Shown piece by piece: positions 62,548-64,000 of a DNA stretch of 64,000 bases. Both the position numbers and the translations under genes were made by a program. Numbering within the stretch: the first letter of the stretch is position 1; each line of letters begins with the position of its first letter. The notes beneath the pieces were generated by a model. It was given only the letters and a program-made list of their open reading frames with translations, searched no databases and was not told the DNA's origin. The DNA is from Candidatus Rokuibacteriota bacterium (GTDB taxonomy: Bacteria > Methylomirabilota > Methylomirabilia > Rokubacteriales > CSP1-6): positions 2,913 through 66,912 of the forward strand of contig JAUSJX010000081.1 in the NCBI GenBank assembly GCA_030647435.1, read 5' to 3'.

Positions 62548-63489
62548 CTACGGCCGGGCGACTCTGTTGGCGAGCACGCCGATCTTCTCGACTTCCGCCT
62601 CCATGCGGTCCCCGGCCTTGAGGTAGTTGCCGGTAGCGGCGCCCACGCCGTTGGGCGTGCCGGTGGCGATCAGGTCGCCGGGCAGGAGCGTCATGGAGAG
62701 CGACAGCACCTCGATGCACTGGTCCAAGGGGAAGATCATCTTGCTGGTGTTGCTCGACTGCCGTACTTGTCCGTTAACGCGCATGGCGATGCTGAGCGCC
62801 TGCGGGTTCGGGATCTCGTCGGCCGTGACCAGCACTGGGCCCATGGGGCAGAAGGTGTCGAGCGACTTGCCCTTGAACCACTGCGTGTGGCGCTTCTGGA
62901 GGTCGCGGGCGGTCACGTCGTTGATGATCGTGTAGCCGAAGACGTGCTTGAGCGCGTCGGCGCGGCTGATGTCGCGACCGGCCGTGCCGATCACCGCCGT
63001 CAGCTCCACCTCGTAGTCGAGCTCGCTGGTGACCGCGTGGTGGACAACGTCGTCGCCGGGGCCGACGACGGCCGTGCCGGGCTTGGTGAAGTACACGGGG
63101 TGCTCGGGCACGGCGGCGCCGCGCTCGGCGGCGTGGTCGGCGTAGTTGCGGCCGAGGCAGAAGACGTTGCGCGCCGGGTGCGGGATGGGGGCCAGCAGAC
63201 GCACCCGCTTGAGCGGGTAAGCCAGCTTGCGCTTCGCCAGCTCTTCGATGGCCTGCTGGTCTACCAAGCGCTTGCCGTACTCCCAGGCCTCGTGCGCGAG
63301 GAGGAGCGCGGCTTCGCCACCCTGGATCAGCTCGAGCAGGCTCTTCGGGAAGCCGCTGCGGCCGCGCCTGACCGTCCCCCGCTGCGCGGCCAGATCCTTC
63401 GCCAGGCCGCCCAGGTCCAGCACGGCCTCGTGCCACACGGCGCCCGGCTTGGGCTCGCCGCGCCCGCGACGGAAGGTGACGAGGTGCAC
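62548..63489 (-). CDS. Fumarylacetoacetate hydrolase-family protein
   Basis: GRNYADH, FTK, DYEVEL, NDVTARDLQ, GKSLDTFCP, ATGTP.GVG. Confidence 0.93.
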   Translation of the reverse strand: MHLVTFRRGRGEPKPGAVWHEAVLDLGGLAKDLAAQRGTVRRGRSGFPKSLLELIQGGEAALLLAHEAWEYGKRLVDQQAIEELAKRKLAYPLKRVRLLAPIPHPARNVFCLGRNYADHAAERGAAVPEHPVYFTKPGTAVVGPGDDVVHHAVTSELDYEVELTAVIGTAGRDISRADALKHVFGYTIINDVTARDLQKRHTQWFKGKSLDTFCPMGPVLVTADEIPNPQALSIAMRVNGQVRQSSNTSKMIFPLDQCIEVLSLSMTLLPGDLIATGTPNGVGAATGNYLKAGDRMEAEVEKIGVLANRVARP

Positions 63490-63491
63490 GG

Positions 63492-64000
63492 CTACTCGCT
63501 CACCGCGGCGGCGCCGCTGCGCTCGGGCAGGGCCTTGCCGCCCTGGCGGGCGATGTCCTCCAGCTCGCGCGGCAGCCCGAAGCGCACGTCCTCCTCGACC
63601 ACGTGCACCTCGCGCACCGCGACGCGGCCGGCGTGCTGGAGCGCCTCGACCACCTGGGTGACGAGGAACTCGGGCGTCGAGGCGCCTGCCGTCACGCCGA
63701 TGCGCTTGGAGCCGTCCAGCCACTCGGGCCTGATGTCGTTCTTGTCGTTGATCAGGTAGGACGGCGTGCCCATCACCGTCGAGACCTCGACCAGGCGGTT
63801 CGCGTTGGAGCTGTTGGCGGCGCCGATGACGAGCAGCACGTCCACCTGCCCCGCCACGGTCTTGGCCGAGGCCTGGCGGTTCTGGGTCGCGTAGCAGATG
63901 TCGTCCTTGGCGGGCCCGGCGATCTTCGGGAAGCGGCGGCGCAGCGCCTCGATGCAGGCGCGCGTGTCGTCGAGGGAGAGCGTCGTCTGGGTGAGATAGG
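63492..64000 (-). CDS. ispH: 4-hydroxy-3-methylbut-2-enyl diphosphate reductase, 5'-truncated by window edge
   Basis: TQTTLS, DDICYATQNRQ, NSSNANRL, GVTAGASTPE. Confidence 0.96.
   Translation of the reverse strand, partial: YLTQTTLSLDDTRACIEALRRRFPKIAGPAKDDICYATQNRQASAKTVAGQVDVLLVIGAANSSNANRLVEVSTVMGTPSYLINDKNDIRPEWLDGSKRIGVTAGASTPEFLVTQVVEALQHAGRVAVREVHVVEEDVRFGLPRELEDIARQGGKALPERSGAAAVSE

Overview
High-GC bacterial chromosomal window of mostly housekeeping genes. Gene order and repeat style suggest a Ca. Rokubacteria/Methylomirabilota-like organism (inference, not verified). In order it holds: rimO-pgpA-cinA-thpR-recA(intein)-pilU-recX-alaS; an atypical receiver protein; a six-gene HAD/NTP-transferase/ATP-grasp/aminotransferase/dehydrogenase/CDP-alcohol-transferase cluster (candidate amino-cyclitol phospholipid pathway); a divergent Thermus-type polyamine locus; murG/pilin/ddl; rarA; a YtrA-type GntR operon; mgtE; two TPR proteins; a selenoprotein gene missed by the ORF track (in-frame UGA plus SECIS); a TfrA/Sdh-like complex; a sulfur module (SoxYZ, cytoplasmic Mo-enzyme, NrfC-D fusion, TauE, FccAB); thrC; EF-G2; a compositionally distinct three-gene secreted cassette (Ig/NHL protein, lipoprotein, Zn-phospholipase-C-like protein); a beta-propeller protein, an FAH hydrolase and ispH. 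Non-coding structure includes several miniature repeat families. One of them is bounded by ACT and inserts in-frame into a gene and into other repeats. Also seen: several apparent non-canonical start codons, leaderless promoters and many short tandem duplications at gene boundaries. No rRNA, tRNA, CRISPR array or transposase was recognised. All family assignments come from recalled motifs; no database search was run.
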